Origin: a virus
Taxonomy: Duplodnaviria > Caudoviricetes
Reading direction: 5' to 3' (one strand)
IMG/VR virus record: IMGVR_UViG_3300032227_000383
Span: 1 to 51,215 of that record
DNA: 51,215 nt
This document shows, piece after piece, positions 35,746-46,045 of the stretch (positions are counted from its first letter, which is position 1; each line of letters begins with the position of its first letter). Both the position numbers and the translations under genes were made by a program. The notes under the pieces are model-generated. The model worked only from the letters and a program-made list of their open reading frames with translations, ran no database searches and was not told where the DNA came from.

Positions 35746-36033
35746 ATGGCGAAGAAGTACGATCTGTCCGTGAAGACGGGCGAATACACGGATGGTCAGG
35801 GCCAGACCAAGGGCCGGTACATGAACATCGGCGTGATGATGGAAACCGATAAGGGTCCGTACATCCTGCTGAACCGCACGTTCAATCCGGCTGGCGTGCC
35901 CGGTAACAATGACCGCGACAACATCATCGTGTCGCTGTTCGAGCCGCGCGACAATCAGGGCCAGTCACAGGCGCCAGCGCAGCAGCGTCAGGCTCCGGCC
36001 CAGCGCCCGATTGACGACGACGTTCCGTTCTAA
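35746..36033 (+). CDS. Single-stranded DNA-binding-like protein
   Basis: YT...GQTK.RY.NIG; Gln-rich linker; acidic DDDVPF tail. Confidence 0.75.
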   Translation: MAKKYDLSVKTGEYTDGQGQTKGRYMNIGVMMETDKGPYILLNRTFNPAGVPGNNDRDNIIVSLFEPRDNQGQSQAPAQQRQAPAQRPIDDDVPF

Positions 36034-39000
36034 GGCTGTTCGGGATAGGGGGAGGATTCGTCCTCCTCCTCTTCCTCGTCTGGAAGCAGGCTGTCTTCAT
36101 CGTCCTCAACCAGAATATCCCGCTGCGCCGCAATCCATGCGGCCCTCTTCAGTTTGCCCACGTTATTGATCCGCATCTCTGGATGAAGCTCAAGTATGAC
36201 AGCCTCCCTCAGCGCCATGCTGGATGGCGGCTTAACCGCATCCTCCATGTTGCCTGACTCGATTTCCTTTTGGAAATTTGAGACAACCATCTCAAGATCC
36301 TTGTCAAACTCAGCGCGGATGCGCTCACCCTCCTTGGCGTTGCCAGCCTCTTCGGCGCGAATTGCGTCCGCCAGCATCTTGCTCAAGCGCAGCGTGACAT
36401 TGCGCTCCGCGTTCTGCGTTGATGTCGCGATCTCCTTACCAGCCTGCACCGCCTGCACCGCACGGGCGATGTCAGCCGTCTGGAAGCCCGCTGCGCGCAT
36501 TATCTGCTCCCCAACGCTGATGTCCTTCGGATCTAGCAGCTTCGTGCCGTAGCGCGTCCTGTAGCCCTCCTCAGGGAACTGGATCATGCCCTTCAGGATA
36601 TCGGAAACAGCCTTGCCCACGAACGGTGACGCCAACGCGATGTTGGCAGCGATTGGCTGGACGCCCGATGCCTTGCGGTCGAGGTATTCCTTGAACTTTC
36701 CGACAGTCCCAGACAGGGCCGGGATGGCGGACACCGGATCCCCCAGCTCTGGCATCATCGACGTGGAGCCAATGCGCTCACCGATGTTCAGGTTAAGCAG
36801 CGACCGGAATGGGCCGCGCATGATTGTCTCAGCATCACGGCGACCTTCCTCGCCGCCCCCAAGGTAATCAGCCAACACCTGTTGCGTCTCAGTGCGGAAG
36901 TCGCGCTTCTTGCCTCCAATCTTCTCAGTCAGCCACTCAAAAATATTAATGGCGTCATCGCCAAACGGAATGGCGAACAGGAGCCCGGACACTGTGAACA
37001 TCGTCGTCAGCGTAAACATGCCAGCAATGCGTCCGCGCGCACCCTGCTTGGCAAAGTTCTGATACAGGAGATTGGCAAGCTGAAGGGGATATTGCGAAAA
37101 CTGAAGGATCACGCCGCCGGCACCGCGCATGATCGGAGGCTTTTCAATCTGACCACCCATGAAGGTGTTTGTCTCGACCATGAACTCAGCGACATCGAAC
37201 GGGTCGGAACCCCTTTCCATGATCGTCTTGGCGCGTTCATTGTCGGCGAAGGCCTTCTTCCAATTGGCAAGCGCGGTGCGATCCTTGGCATAGCGATACG
37301 CCACGATAAACGCTGCCGCCTTGTTCATCTCTTCGGTGACCGAAACAACGCTGGCGCCGTACTGGAAATAGCGGCCCGCGGTTTTCTTGAGGGCGCTTGC
37401 CTTGCTCATGTTCATGCCAGCTTCGACACCCATCAGCTCAGGGTTCATCTGAGCGCGAACGGTGCCGCGTTTATTGGCAAGGATTAAGGCATCGCGCTCA
37501 TCTTTCGAAATGCCGGGAATGGCGTATGGGTCAACGTGCAGGCCATACCCAACGGCCCCGCGAAAGCCTGCCGTGACTTGCACTGCCGTCTTATAAATAT
37601 CCAGACCAGCCGATGCTTTCATGATCGTCATCTGCGGCGCGGTCACCGTCCAAACCGACATCGCGTTCACGGCTGACGACGAGAAGCTGCCCCACATCGA
37701 ATTGAAGAAGCCAATGGTGCGCATCGCACGCCAGATCGCATTCTCCGGGCTATCGACGTATTCGTCCCATTTCTCAGCATAGCGGCGCTCAGGCTCTGCA
37801 ACTTTACGCTTCAGATCATCATACGCCTTTGAGTACTCTTCGCGGTACATCCGATGAGACACGGTCGTGGCGACGATCCGATTGTAATCGAGCAGCTTGT
37901 CCGTGAAGTTCGTGTCGTAGCCGGGAATGTTGCGCGACTCCTTCATGAACCCAACAATCAGGTCTTCCATCAGGACGGAGCGCACGTTCTTGTCCAGATC
38001 ACTGACGAAGCCTTTGGCCAACATCGTGGCCTCACCACTGCTCAGGCGCTCAAGCGTTTCGGCATCGAACATCCCGCCAAGAGTCTTGTCAAAATAGTTC
38101 TTGATCATGTCACCAGAGCGGGCGTCCATGAGGTTGAGCAGCTTGTCGAGATTGGTCAGGTCATCAATAGTCAGGCGCTTGTCAACGTCACCCTCACGGC
38201 GTGTGACAACGACCTTGAACCCGTTCGCAGCCGGGAACTTTTCTTTGATTTCCTTAATCTTTGCGTCGATGTTGGGATCAGGTATCTTGGACGCGAGGGC
38301 GGGCCCGACCAAGTCCTTGGCCCAGTTCATGCTGTCGAGCATCACAAATGCGCCGCTTTCAATCGTGCCGTCTGGTCCATAGACCATGATGCGCGTATCG
38401 CCTGAGCGCATGAACGGGATGTAGGATGTCAGGCGCTTGCGCTCGATAGCATCGAACAGGCGCAGCAGCTCGTTACGGAATACCTCATCCTCGACTTCAT
38501 TTGTAATTGCGTCGGCGCTGTACTCACCAGTGTAGCCGACTGCTGCCAGCATCGACTTGCCGTTCAGCGTGTAGCGGTTGTCGAGGTACTTGCGGATCTC
38601 ATGGAGCTTGACTGTCTCCGCCTTAGTCAGGGAAAGAACGTCGCCCGGCGTGGACAGTGCGGGCATAACCGAGCGCGTAATACCATCACGACCCTTCTGC
38701 TCGATGTCACGGGTCTTGATCGAGAACGACCGGCCAGTGTCCCGTACATCCGTCTCAGATAGGCGCAGGTACTCAAGGACGGCGTTCAGCCTATCCTTAG
38801 ATTCCTGCGGCAGCCGGTTCACTTCCTCCAGCATATCCTCATGTTCAGCCATGAGGAAGTTGCGCATCTTGACCTTGTCATTTGTGGCTTGATGCATCCG
38901 CTGGAAGTATTTGCTCTTCCGCGCCAGCGACGTGCCGGTCGTGACGATGGATCCAATCGCGCCCATGTTGCGAACCATGTCAACATTGCGCAGGCTGTCA

Positions 39001-39065
39001 TCAACCTCATCCTGCTTGTCGAGGATGTTGTCAGTCATGTCGATTGAGCAGTTAGAGCCAATCAT
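36030..39065 (-). CDS. Large internal virion/ejection protein, PLxRFG-domain-like
   Basis: SYIPFMRSGD (degenerate PLxRFG); E..N....F..AYR.A; QFSQYP; hydrophobic segment; last gene of ejection cluster. Confidence 0.65.
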   Translation of the reverse strand: MIGSNCSIDMTDNILDKQDEVDDSLRNVDMVRNMGAIGSIVTTGTSLARKSKYFQRMHQATNDKVKMRNFLMAEHEDMLEEVNRLPQESKDRLNAVLEYLRLSETDVRDTGRSFSIKTRDIEQKGRDGITRSVMPALSTPGDVLSLTKAETVKLHEIRKYLDNRYTLNGKSMLAAVGYTGEYSADAITNEVEDEVFRNELLRLFDAIERKRLTSYIPFMRSGDTRIMVYGPDGTIESGAFVMLDSMNWAKDLVGPALASKIPDPNIDAKIKEIKEKFPAANGFKVVVTRREGDVDKRLTIDDLTNLDKLLNLMDARSGDMIKNYFDKTLGGMFDAETLERLSSGEATMLAKGFVSDLDKNVRSVLMEDLIVGFMKESRNIPGYDTNFTDKLLDYNRIVATTVSHRMYREEYSKAYDDLKRKVAEPERRYAEKWDEYVDSPENAIWRAMRTIGFFNSMWGSFSSSAVNAMSVWTVTAPQMTIMKASAGLDIYKTAVQVTAGFRGAVGYGLHVDPYAIPGISKDERDALILANKRGTVRAQMNPELMGVEAGMNMSKASALKKTAGRYFQYGASVVSVTEEMNKAAAFIVAYRYAKDRTALANWKKAFADNERAKTIMERGSDPFDVAEFMVETNTFMGGQIEKPPIMRGAGGVILQFSQYPLQLANLLYQNFAKQGARGRIAGMFTLTTMFTVSGLLFAIPFGDDAINIFEWLTEKIGGKKRDFRTETQQVLADYLGGGEEGRRDAETIMRGPFRSLLNLNIGERIGSTSMMPELGDPVSAIPALSGTVGKFKEYLDRKASGVQPIAANIALASPFVGKAVSDILKGMIQFPEEGYRTRYGTKLLDPKDISVGEQIMRAAGFQTADIARAVQAVQAGKEIATSTQNAERNVTLRLSKMLADAIRAEEAGNAKEGERIRAEFDKDLEMVVSNFQKEIESGNMEDAVKPPSSMALREAVILELHPEMRINNVGKLKRAAWIAAQRDILVEDDEDSLLPDEEEEEDESSPYPEQP

Positions 39066-42000
39066 CAGTCGCAGCCCCTGTTCTTTTTCTGGATGTCAGC
39101 ACGCTCATCCATGATCTTGTTATCAGGCTTTTGCGCCTCCGCAATCGCCTGCTTCATTTTGGCGACATCACCATCGATGAGGGTCCGGAAAACCCGCTCC
39201 GCCTGCCGCTCTGGGCTTAGGCTTTTTCCAGCCGCTTCGCTAGGTGTCCGATCTTCACCCCGTTTTGCAGGTCCGCGACCGCCTTGTCCAGAACCGCTGA
39301 GTACTGGTTGCCCGGTGCCTCCTGCTCCGCCAGCGCCGACATCGCCTTCAGCCTTCCGAGCGCGAACTCCTTTGGATGTCGACTCTGGAGAGCCGTCTTT
39401 AAAACGGTTGCCGCGATATTCGATGCTAATGTTTGGGTTTTTGCCATTGAAAAGCTCCACGCCTGCCTTGATGATGTCGCTATAGTCTGCCGCTATCGTG
39501 TCTGCAAAATTATCTTCAAACTGCTGAAATGGAAATACCTTGTCGGACTTCATCTTCAGTAGAATGCGTTGCATTTCCGCAGGGAAGCGATGATCATGGC
39601 TGCGTACTTTGTGGTGCGCAAGCTCATGGATCATGGTTCCAAACAGGCCATAGCCCGCTTCGAAGGGTCCGTCAAACTCAGGGACAAGCGGATTTACAAA
39701 GCTGCCGCCAAACGGAATAGTGATGGACACGCCCCGATATTCCGGATCCATCGAGATGCCAACAGCCTCATTGAGAAGGTCGGGATAATTCATGACGCGC
39801 GACACTTCCTGACGAAGCTTCATGAACGTGCCGCCAACATAATTCATATATTCATCAAAGCGTTCACCAAACTTATCCCGCATAAATTCTGAGATGTATG
39901 GCGGGGTCTTGTTGTTGCCGCCAACGGTGACGACACTGGTGTTGTCATGAACCATAACGGCATCGAAGTTGATCATGCTAGGATCAACCTTGAGTTCCGA
40001 AGCGCTAGGAATTCCAGACTTTAGCTGATCCGGCGTGAGTTCAGGCATCAGCTTTCCGTTGACAAGGAGATCCCCATCAGCATTAAGCGTTATCTCATCG
40101 CCCTCAGAAATCCTCGTAAAGGCCGTGTCCTGAGCCGGAATGTCTGGCGTCAGGTCAATGACAGGGCCAAGCTTTCCATCCGCGCCAAAATACTGGATGC
40201 TGCCAAAGCTCGTCGCTTCCCCGGCCCTGCTCTTGTAGGCATAGATCGCATCTATGTAGTCCTTCACCTTCCTGAAGTCGGCCTTACCTTCTTCTGTGAA
40301 GCCCTGACGGTTAAAATCAAATGGGTATCCGTACTCGTCAGGCTTTACCGATGGGACAATGTCCACGTAAAATGTGTACGGCACTGGGTTTCCGTACACT
40401 TTGCTTGGATCAGTTTGAACAATAGTGGAGAACTGCCACAGCCCGTTTGATAGGATGTGCATGTTGTCGCCATATTTTTGGCCGGTCTGGTTCCTCGTTA
40501 CGTAGACCTTCGCGGTGCCCCAAGGGAACTTGACGCCAACAAACTGGGTGTAATCCTGAATTGGGAAGTTAGACCCAATTTCAACAGTATCCGGAAGATC
40601 CTTGTAATGCTCATCGACAAAAGTAACATCGATGTTTGCGAACAATGGGCTGCGCACCAACGGCGTGGCCGAATGAACGTAGCCGGGAAGCGGCTTGATA
40701 TCAAACGTCCTGCCCTTTTCCTTGATCGTTTCATGCAGAGTTAGCTGGATGACGGTGCCATGACCATTTGGAAACAGGTCGCTGTCGGTTGCCTGAATTT
40801 CACGGACATTGATATAAGGCGCGTTCTCAGGGTTTCCGAGGGAGCTGAAGAGCCGATCGCCAGTGACCTCAAGCTCAGCAACCTTTCCGTCGCGTGCGGT
40901 GATAACCCGGACATTCTTATTGGCGTAAAGGAACAACATCTTGGCAATGCCAAAGCCGCCGGCGTTCTTCTCACCCTCTTTGGCAGTACCTGCAATCTCA
41001 AGAAACTTGCCGCCAAGAATTCCGGGCGTCATGCCGGTCCCGTTATCTTTAACCGTCAGGGTGCGGCCATCGGTCGACACCGACACCTCGATCTTGCCCT
41101 GCTCGATCTGGCCGTCGTTTATTGCAGACCGAGTTGCGTCAAATGAGTTCTGTAGAACTTCCTTGATGCAGGTCTGGCCCATGTTTGTTGGGTCGCCATA
41201 AATCTGCCAGCCAACCATATTCGCCATGCGCTCGACATTCATGCCGGGCGTCGAGCGAATGGTTTCATACTGCGCATCGTATGGCGTGATCTGATCAATG
41301 ATGTCCTTCTTCGGGGTCTGATCGTACTGGGCCTTCGCCAAGCTAAAGACTTTCTCAGCGGCGGTCTCTCCCGGCTGACGATCAATCGTCTCCTTCAAGG
41401 TTGCGGCATCCTCAGCCTGAGCTGGCTTTATCTGATACAACTCTGGCTGCTGAACCCCCTCACCGGCATCAACCCGCTTCCAAATGTCCCGCGCAGATGG
41501 CGTCTCCGCCTTGCCAAACATGTCAGGCTCAGCCTGCTGATTGGCCGCAATATCAGTATAGCTTTGGAGCTTCTCAGCGATAGCCTTCTTGCTGAGCATA
41601 CGGGTCAGATTGTCGTTGTGGAAAGCCATAAGGATTTCTTTAACAAACGGATCCATTGGCGTGATCATGTCTTCGCTGCGCAACGCACCTGAGACGCTGT
41701 TGCCACTGGTCTTGATGTCAGACACAGTGCCAACCGTTTCCATCAACTTGCCAGTGATGTCGTACTTTTTGTCAACCTCTCCATTCTTGACAGCCTGCTG
41801 GAACTTGATCCAGTCCTTTGCGACATCAACCAGAGCGTTGGTCAGCGTCTTGGTGTCATCGTCGCTGCGCTCCATCGCCTTGCTGATGAAGATGTTAGAC
41901 GCCCGACCAGCCTGACCATACGCCTTGTACAACAGCGCGTTCTCAATGCGCTTAAGAGCCTGAGAGCTGATGTTGCCCTTGTCGTCCATTGCGTTTTCGC

Positions 42001-44737
42001 GCTGCTGCGGGCTCATCTCCGCAAGGAAGGCAGACACGAAGGCGTCGTTCTTTGCAGCCTTCAGATCACCGCCGTTGTACTTTGCCAGAACCGCAGGCTT
42101 GAGGATGTCCTGCGCGTCCTGCGCAGCCTGCTCCGGCGGAGACAGGGCCGCGATGTCTGCCTCGTTGGAGCCAGTGACGAACTCACGTTCATCGACGTCA
42201 GACAGGAGGCGCCGGGCCAAAAAGGGGCGTTCGATGCCCTCGATGTTCCAGCCGTTATCCCGTAGGAACTGGCGATACTTCTCAGCCTGTTCTGGGTACT
42301 TCTCGTAAATCTCTTCAAGGCCCATCGTGCGGCCATTGCCACTGAGGATCACGTTGTCCTTGTTGATAATCGGCGCACCGCGATCTGTTGACCTGTCCTC
42401 GCCCAGACCTTCCGGATCAAACTCACTGGTGAACCGGCGCAAGAACTGCTGCGTCTGCGGGCGACTGCGATCACGGTTCTGAAGCTCACCCTCAGCGAAC
42501 TTCACGTCAGCCAGATCGAGAAGCTCATCCTGAACCTCGACCTTGTTGCGGGTCGCCGGGATAGTGACGGTGGCTTTGTTGCCGACAGCGCGAGGCGCGG
42601 CGGGCGCAGGTGCAGGCGGTAGCGGCTGGATCGTGAATTTTTCTTTTGGTTTCTCCGGCGTCTTGAAGCGCGCATCGTCAAACGCAGTAGCTGCCTTAAA
42701 CATGTCCTCCTTTGAAACGCTCTGCGCGCCGCGTGCGGCTGCGATCTTACGGGCATCGTTCTCAATCTGGCTCTTCTGAGCAGATGTGCGAAACCTGTCA
42801 TACTCCTGCATGTAGGGCCCGACATCTTCGTCGATGGGCATCTGCTCTGGCGGCGCGATGGATTCGGCGGGCGGTGCAGGTGCTGGTGCGACCTCGACCC
42901 CATAGCGCTGCTGAAGCCCAGAGATATGGCTATTGTCATATTGGGACATCGAATTGTCGATCTCACCAATTTTATAACGGCGGTCAGCCTCATCAATCAG
43001 CGCGTAGGCCTCATAATCCCCGCTCTCATTCTTGGGAATGCCAGCCTCTTCAAGGGCCATGACCTCCGGTTGAGAGAGTGAACCAGCAGGAATGAGTCCC
43101 CCCGGCTGCTCACGCGCGGCCATTAGAAGTTGCTGGGGAAGCGTTTGAACTGTCATTGGCGCAGGTGCAAACGACGAGATCGGCTTACCTGCGGGCTCTT
43201 CGACCTCAGCCGTGAAGCTTGAGATTGGCTTACCTTTGGGCTCAGGCGCAGGCGCTGAAGCAGAAGGCGCAGCATCTTCATCTAGTTCATCACTAAATTT
43301 AAATACCTTGCGTCCGTTTTCTATGCGAAATCCGCCGCCACTAGCGGGCGCAGGCTCAGGCTGCGATACTGGCTTGTTTTCCGCCTCCGCCTTCAACCTC
43401 AGTGCCTCTTCACGGAGTTCGTTCAGCTTCGCTTCTTCAGCATCTAGACGCGCATTAAAATCGACTTCCCTTGCATCGACCTTGGCTGCCAATGCAGCGG
43501 CTTCATCTGCCACAGGCTCGCCAAACGCAACGCCCGGAACAAACGGTTCAGTCGGCACAACTGCGCCAACGTCGATGGCGGCATTGATTTCAGCCGGGTC
43601 TTCGGCGAACATCGAGCCATCTTCAGCCTCGATGATGACGCGACCACCCTCATCCATGCCGCGATAGATGTACTCGTTGGCACCGCCGGGTTCGTTGAGG
43701 ATAATCTTGGATCCGACCTCACCCAGCTTCTGAGCAAAGTCAGCGGGCGGTGGTGGTGGGGGCGCCTGTTCAGCAGCGCGCTTTGCGGCGGGCGCTTCCT
43801 CTGTAGGCTCCTGTGCGCCTGTGATGCGCTTGGCAATGGCCCCAGCGCCAGCCAGAGCGCCGCCTGTGAGCAGCGTCGAGCCAGCCGTCTCCACCATCTG
43901 CATGGGGAGTTCATTGACGTAATCACCCCACGTCTTGTCTGGGTTCGCAATGGCAGTGTCGATTGCGCCTTGCGTGATCGTGGCGATTTCCTCACCGATC
44001 AGCTCACGACCAAGAAATTCCTTGAGGAATTTGCCAAAGCCAACCTTGCCAAGCTGCTTGACGACCACACCAAGGGGAAGCATCTCTGTCGCAATTTCGG
44101 TAACGGTTTCTGCCGTAGCCCCGGTAAGCGCCTCCTGCGGAGCCCCGCCACGCTCTTCATACCGCTGGTATGCCTCAGGAAATGTAATCGCGCCGATGTT
44201 GGCCACGGCTGGAATTGGGTTTCCGGTGGCCACTGATGCAATAATGCCCGGCGCATTCTGAGCCAAAGAACTTGCAGCGATATACGCCATACGACCAACA
44301 GGGCTTTCAATGTTCGGTGCGGCAGCTTCAGCCCTCGCCCGCGCACTAAGAGCGGCCTGCTTTTCAGGTGTGCGTGCAGCGACTGCACCAAAGCGCTCTG
44401 CGCGTGCGGCGCGCTCTGCACGATCAGGCCCATAAATATCAGGGAAGACGGCGTCTATGGCTGCGCCGACGCCCTTTTTCCCTGTAGCAAACTCAGCAAT
44501 ATCGCCCGCAGAAATATCTTGAACGGTCGCCAGAAACGCAGAAGGGGCGGCAGCTAAATCCGCACCAATTCCCTTGATGGCATTCCATATCGTGCTTTCA
44601 GGCTGCTTCGGCGCACTGATAGTATCCGGCTTGCGATTGGGGATAATCTCCCGCTCAATGGTAAGCTGGATCTGATACGGGGTCATGTCATCCGGAAACT
44701 GGATGTTACCCTTACCCGGAACAAATACGACTGGCAT
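39065..44737 (-). CDS. Polyvalent virion/ejection protein: DdrB-like ParB, GHKL ATPase and zincin-like metallopeptidase modules
   Basis: LQNRDRSR...GAPII.....LSGNGR (ParB-like); KEVLQNSFDA, DNGTGM, GGFGIAK, GTVI (GHKL boxes); HELAHH. Confidence 0.8.
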   Translation of the reverse strand: MPVVFVPGKGNIQFPDDMTPYQIQLTIEREIIPNRKPDTISAPKQPESTIWNAIKGIGADLAAAPSAFLATVQDISAGDIAEFATGKKGVGAAIDAVFPDIYGPDRAERAARAERFGAVAARTPEKQAALSARARAEAAAPNIESPVGRMAYIAASSLAQNAPGIIASVATGNPIPAVANIGAITFPEAYQRYEERGGAPQEALTGATAETVTEIATEMLPLGVVVKQLGKVGFGKFLKEFLGRELIGEEIATITQGAIDTAIANPDKTWGDYVNELPMQMVETAGSTLLTGGALAGAGAIAKRITGAQEPTEEAPAAKRAAEQAPPPPPPADFAQKLGEVGSKIILNEPGGANEYIYRGMDEGGRVIIEAEDGSMFAEDPAEINAAIDVGAVVPTEPFVPGVAFGEPVADEAAALAAKVDAREVDFNARLDAEEAKLNELREEALRLKAEAENKPVSQPEPAPASGGGFRIENGRKVFKFSDELDEDAAPSASAPAPEPKGKPISSFTAEVEEPAGKPISSFAPAPMTVQTLPQQLLMAAREQPGGLIPAGSLSQPEVMALEEAGIPKNESGDYEAYALIDEADRRYKIGEIDNSMSQYDNSHISGLQQRYGVEVAPAPAPPAESIAPPEQMPIDEDVGPYMQEYDRFRTSAQKSQIENDARKIAAARGAQSVSKEDMFKAATAFDDARFKTPEKPKEKFTIQPLPPAPAPAAPRAVGNKATVTIPATRNKVEVQDELLDLADVKFAEGELQNRDRSRPQTQQFLRRFTSEFDPEGLGEDRSTDRGAPIINKDNVILSGNGRTMGLEEIYEKYPEQAEKYRQFLRDNGWNIEGIERPFLARRLLSDVDEREFVTGSNEADIAALSPPEQAAQDAQDILKPAVLAKYNGGDLKAAKNDAFVSAFLAEMSPQQRENAMDDKGNISSQALKRIENALLYKAYGQAGRASNIFISKAMERSDDDTKTLTNALVDVAKDWIKFQQAVKNGEVDKKYDITGKLMETVGTVSDIKTSGNSVSGALRSEDMITPMDPFVKEILMAFHNDNLTRMLSKKAIAEKLQSYTDIAANQQAEPDMFGKAETPSARDIWKRVDAGEGVQQPELYQIKPAQAEDAATLKETIDRQPGETAAEKVFSLAKAQYDQTPKKDIIDQITPYDAQYETIRSTPGMNVERMANMVGWQIYGDPTNMGQTCIKEVLQNSFDATRSAINDGQIEQGKIEVSVSTDGRTLTVKDNGTGMTPGILGGKFLEIAGTAKEGEKNAGGFGIAKMLFLYANKNVRVITARDGKVAELEVTGDRLFSSLGNPENAPYINVREIQATDSDLFPNGHGTVIQLTLHETIKEKGRTFDIKPLPGYVHSATPLVRSPLFANIDVTFVDEHYKDLPDTVEIGSNFPIQDYTQFVGVKFPWGTAKVYVTRNQTGQKYGDNMHILSNGLWQFSTIVQTDPSKVYGNPVPYTFYVDIVPSVKPDEYGYPFDFNRQGFTEEGKADFRKVKDYIDAIYAYKSRAGEATSFGSIQYFGADGKLGPVIDLTPDIPAQDTAFTRISEGDEITLNADGDLLVNGKLMPELTPDQLKSGIPSASELKVDPSMINFDAVMVHDNTSVVTVGGNNKTPPYISEFMRDKFGERFDEYMNYVGGTFMKLRQEVSRVMNYPDLLNEAVGISMDPEYRGVSITIPFGGSFVNPLVPEFDGPFEAGYGLFGTMIHELAHHKVRSHDHRFPAEMQRILLKMKSDKVFPFQQFEDNFADTIAADYSDIIKAGVELFNGKNPNISIEYRGNRFKDGSPESTSKGVRARKAEGDVGAGGAGGTGQPVLSGSGQGGRGPAKRGEDRTPSEAAGKSLSPERQAERVFRTLIDGDVAKMKQAIAEAQKPDNKIMDERADIQKKNRGCD

Positions 44738-44752
44738 CGCGGACCCTTTGTG

Positions 44753-46045
44753 CTACCTTACGGGCTGCAGCCCCTTACCGGGAACGTATTGCATAGTTGC
44801 CTGCGGAGCGCCACCCCCGGTCGGGGCAGCAGCTTGCCCGCCGGGCAGGCCCATAGACGCCTTCACCCATGCAATTTCCATCCTGACTTTCTTTAGGGCA
44901 GCGCGGGCCTCATCTTTTTGAGCCTTGGGCGTAAGTGGGTCGTTGATCGTGCGCTGGTAAACGCCTTCCTGCCTTATCAGCCCATTCAGTGTGCCCGTGG
45001 CGCCCTTCGCGCCCATACCCCCGCCGCCCCCGCCGCCCCCACCGCCGCTACTGCGGAGGTTCGGATCAGTGCGGCGATCCTTGTCTGCCGCCGCACGGTA
45101 AGCTTCAGCCGCCGCCTCGTCCTTTGCAATCGAAGCCAACGTAACCTTAGGCACCAAATTCGCGGCCTCAACACGCGATTCAGCCGTCTTGCCAGAGATG
45201 GTGTCTGCACGCGCGGCTTCCAGCATTTGCAGGTCTTGCAGGGCAGCCCTGTCACCGCCGCGATATGCATCCAGCGCCTGAGCCCGTGCCGCATCAATTG
45301 CCTTAATCCGCGCAAGCTTTACGTTCTCTGACTGATCCTTCAGCAGGGATTGCTCTTCATCCATCTTGGCCTTGCGCGCATCATACCCCTTGACGCCAGC
45401 CTCCATGCCGGAAGCCAGAGCCTGCATAAAATACGGGCTGTTGCTCTGAGCCATTTTGAAGCCAGCTTCAGCAAGTGCCTTCCACTTCGAACTCTTGCGC
45501 TCCTTCTGAAGCTCAGCAAGCCTCTCACCGGCACGGCTTTCACGGCCAGCAAAGATCTGCTCTTCTTCGGGGCGAATTTGCGCGGCCTGCGTTACGTCAG
45601 CCTCAGCCTGAGCGCGCGCAGCCTTGGCCTTGAGCAGGTTATACGCAGCCACCTGATCAACGGTGGCATTCTCACCCGGCGCAGCCATAGCCTCAAGCTT
45701 CTGCCGTTGCTGACGAGCAAGGAGTAGATAGGGATTTTCGTACTGCTGCGGCGGAGGTGGCGCCTTGATTTCAACGCCCTCCTTCTCCGGCGCGCGCGAA
45801 CCGGGCGTGACAACTACCGGCGGAGGCGCGGTCGCTGGGCCTAACAGCTGCGCGACTTGAGTGGGCGTGGCAGCATTAAAGACGCCGCCGACCCCTTCCG
45901 GCTGAGGATTCGCCGTCTGCCCCGGACCCGCCGGTAGCATGATGTTTTGGACCAACTGCTCAAGGGAAACGCCCGGAGCCTGACCCTGACGCTTCATCTC
46001 AACTGCAAGGCGCATTGCGTCGCTACGACTAATCCGATTGGCCAT
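44753..46045 (-). CDS. Putative DNA ejection (internal virion) protein
   Basis: Ala-rich helical; AL..AG..M...SP.F..AL..G motif; cluster position. Confidence 0.6.
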   Translation of the reverse strand: MANRISRSDAMRLAVEMKRQGQAPGVSLEQLVQNIMLPAGPGQTANPQPEGVGGVFNAATPTQVAQLLGPATAPPPVVVTPGSRAPEKEGVEIKAPPPPQQYENPYLLLARQQRQKLEAMAAPGENATVDQVAAYNLLKAKAARAQAEADVTQAAQIRPEEEQIFAGRESRAGERLAELQKERKSSKWKALAEAGFKMAQSNSPYFMQALASGMEAGVKGYDARKAKMDEEQSLLKDQSENVKLARIKAIDAARAQALDAYRGGDRAALQDLQMLEAARADTISGKTAESRVEAANLVPKVTLASIAKDEAAAEAYRAAADKDRRTDPNLRSSGGGGGGGGGGMGAKGATGTLNGLIRQEGVYQRTINDPLTPKAQKDEARAALKKVRMEIAWVKASMGLPGGQAAAPTGGGAPQATMQYVPGKGLQPVR

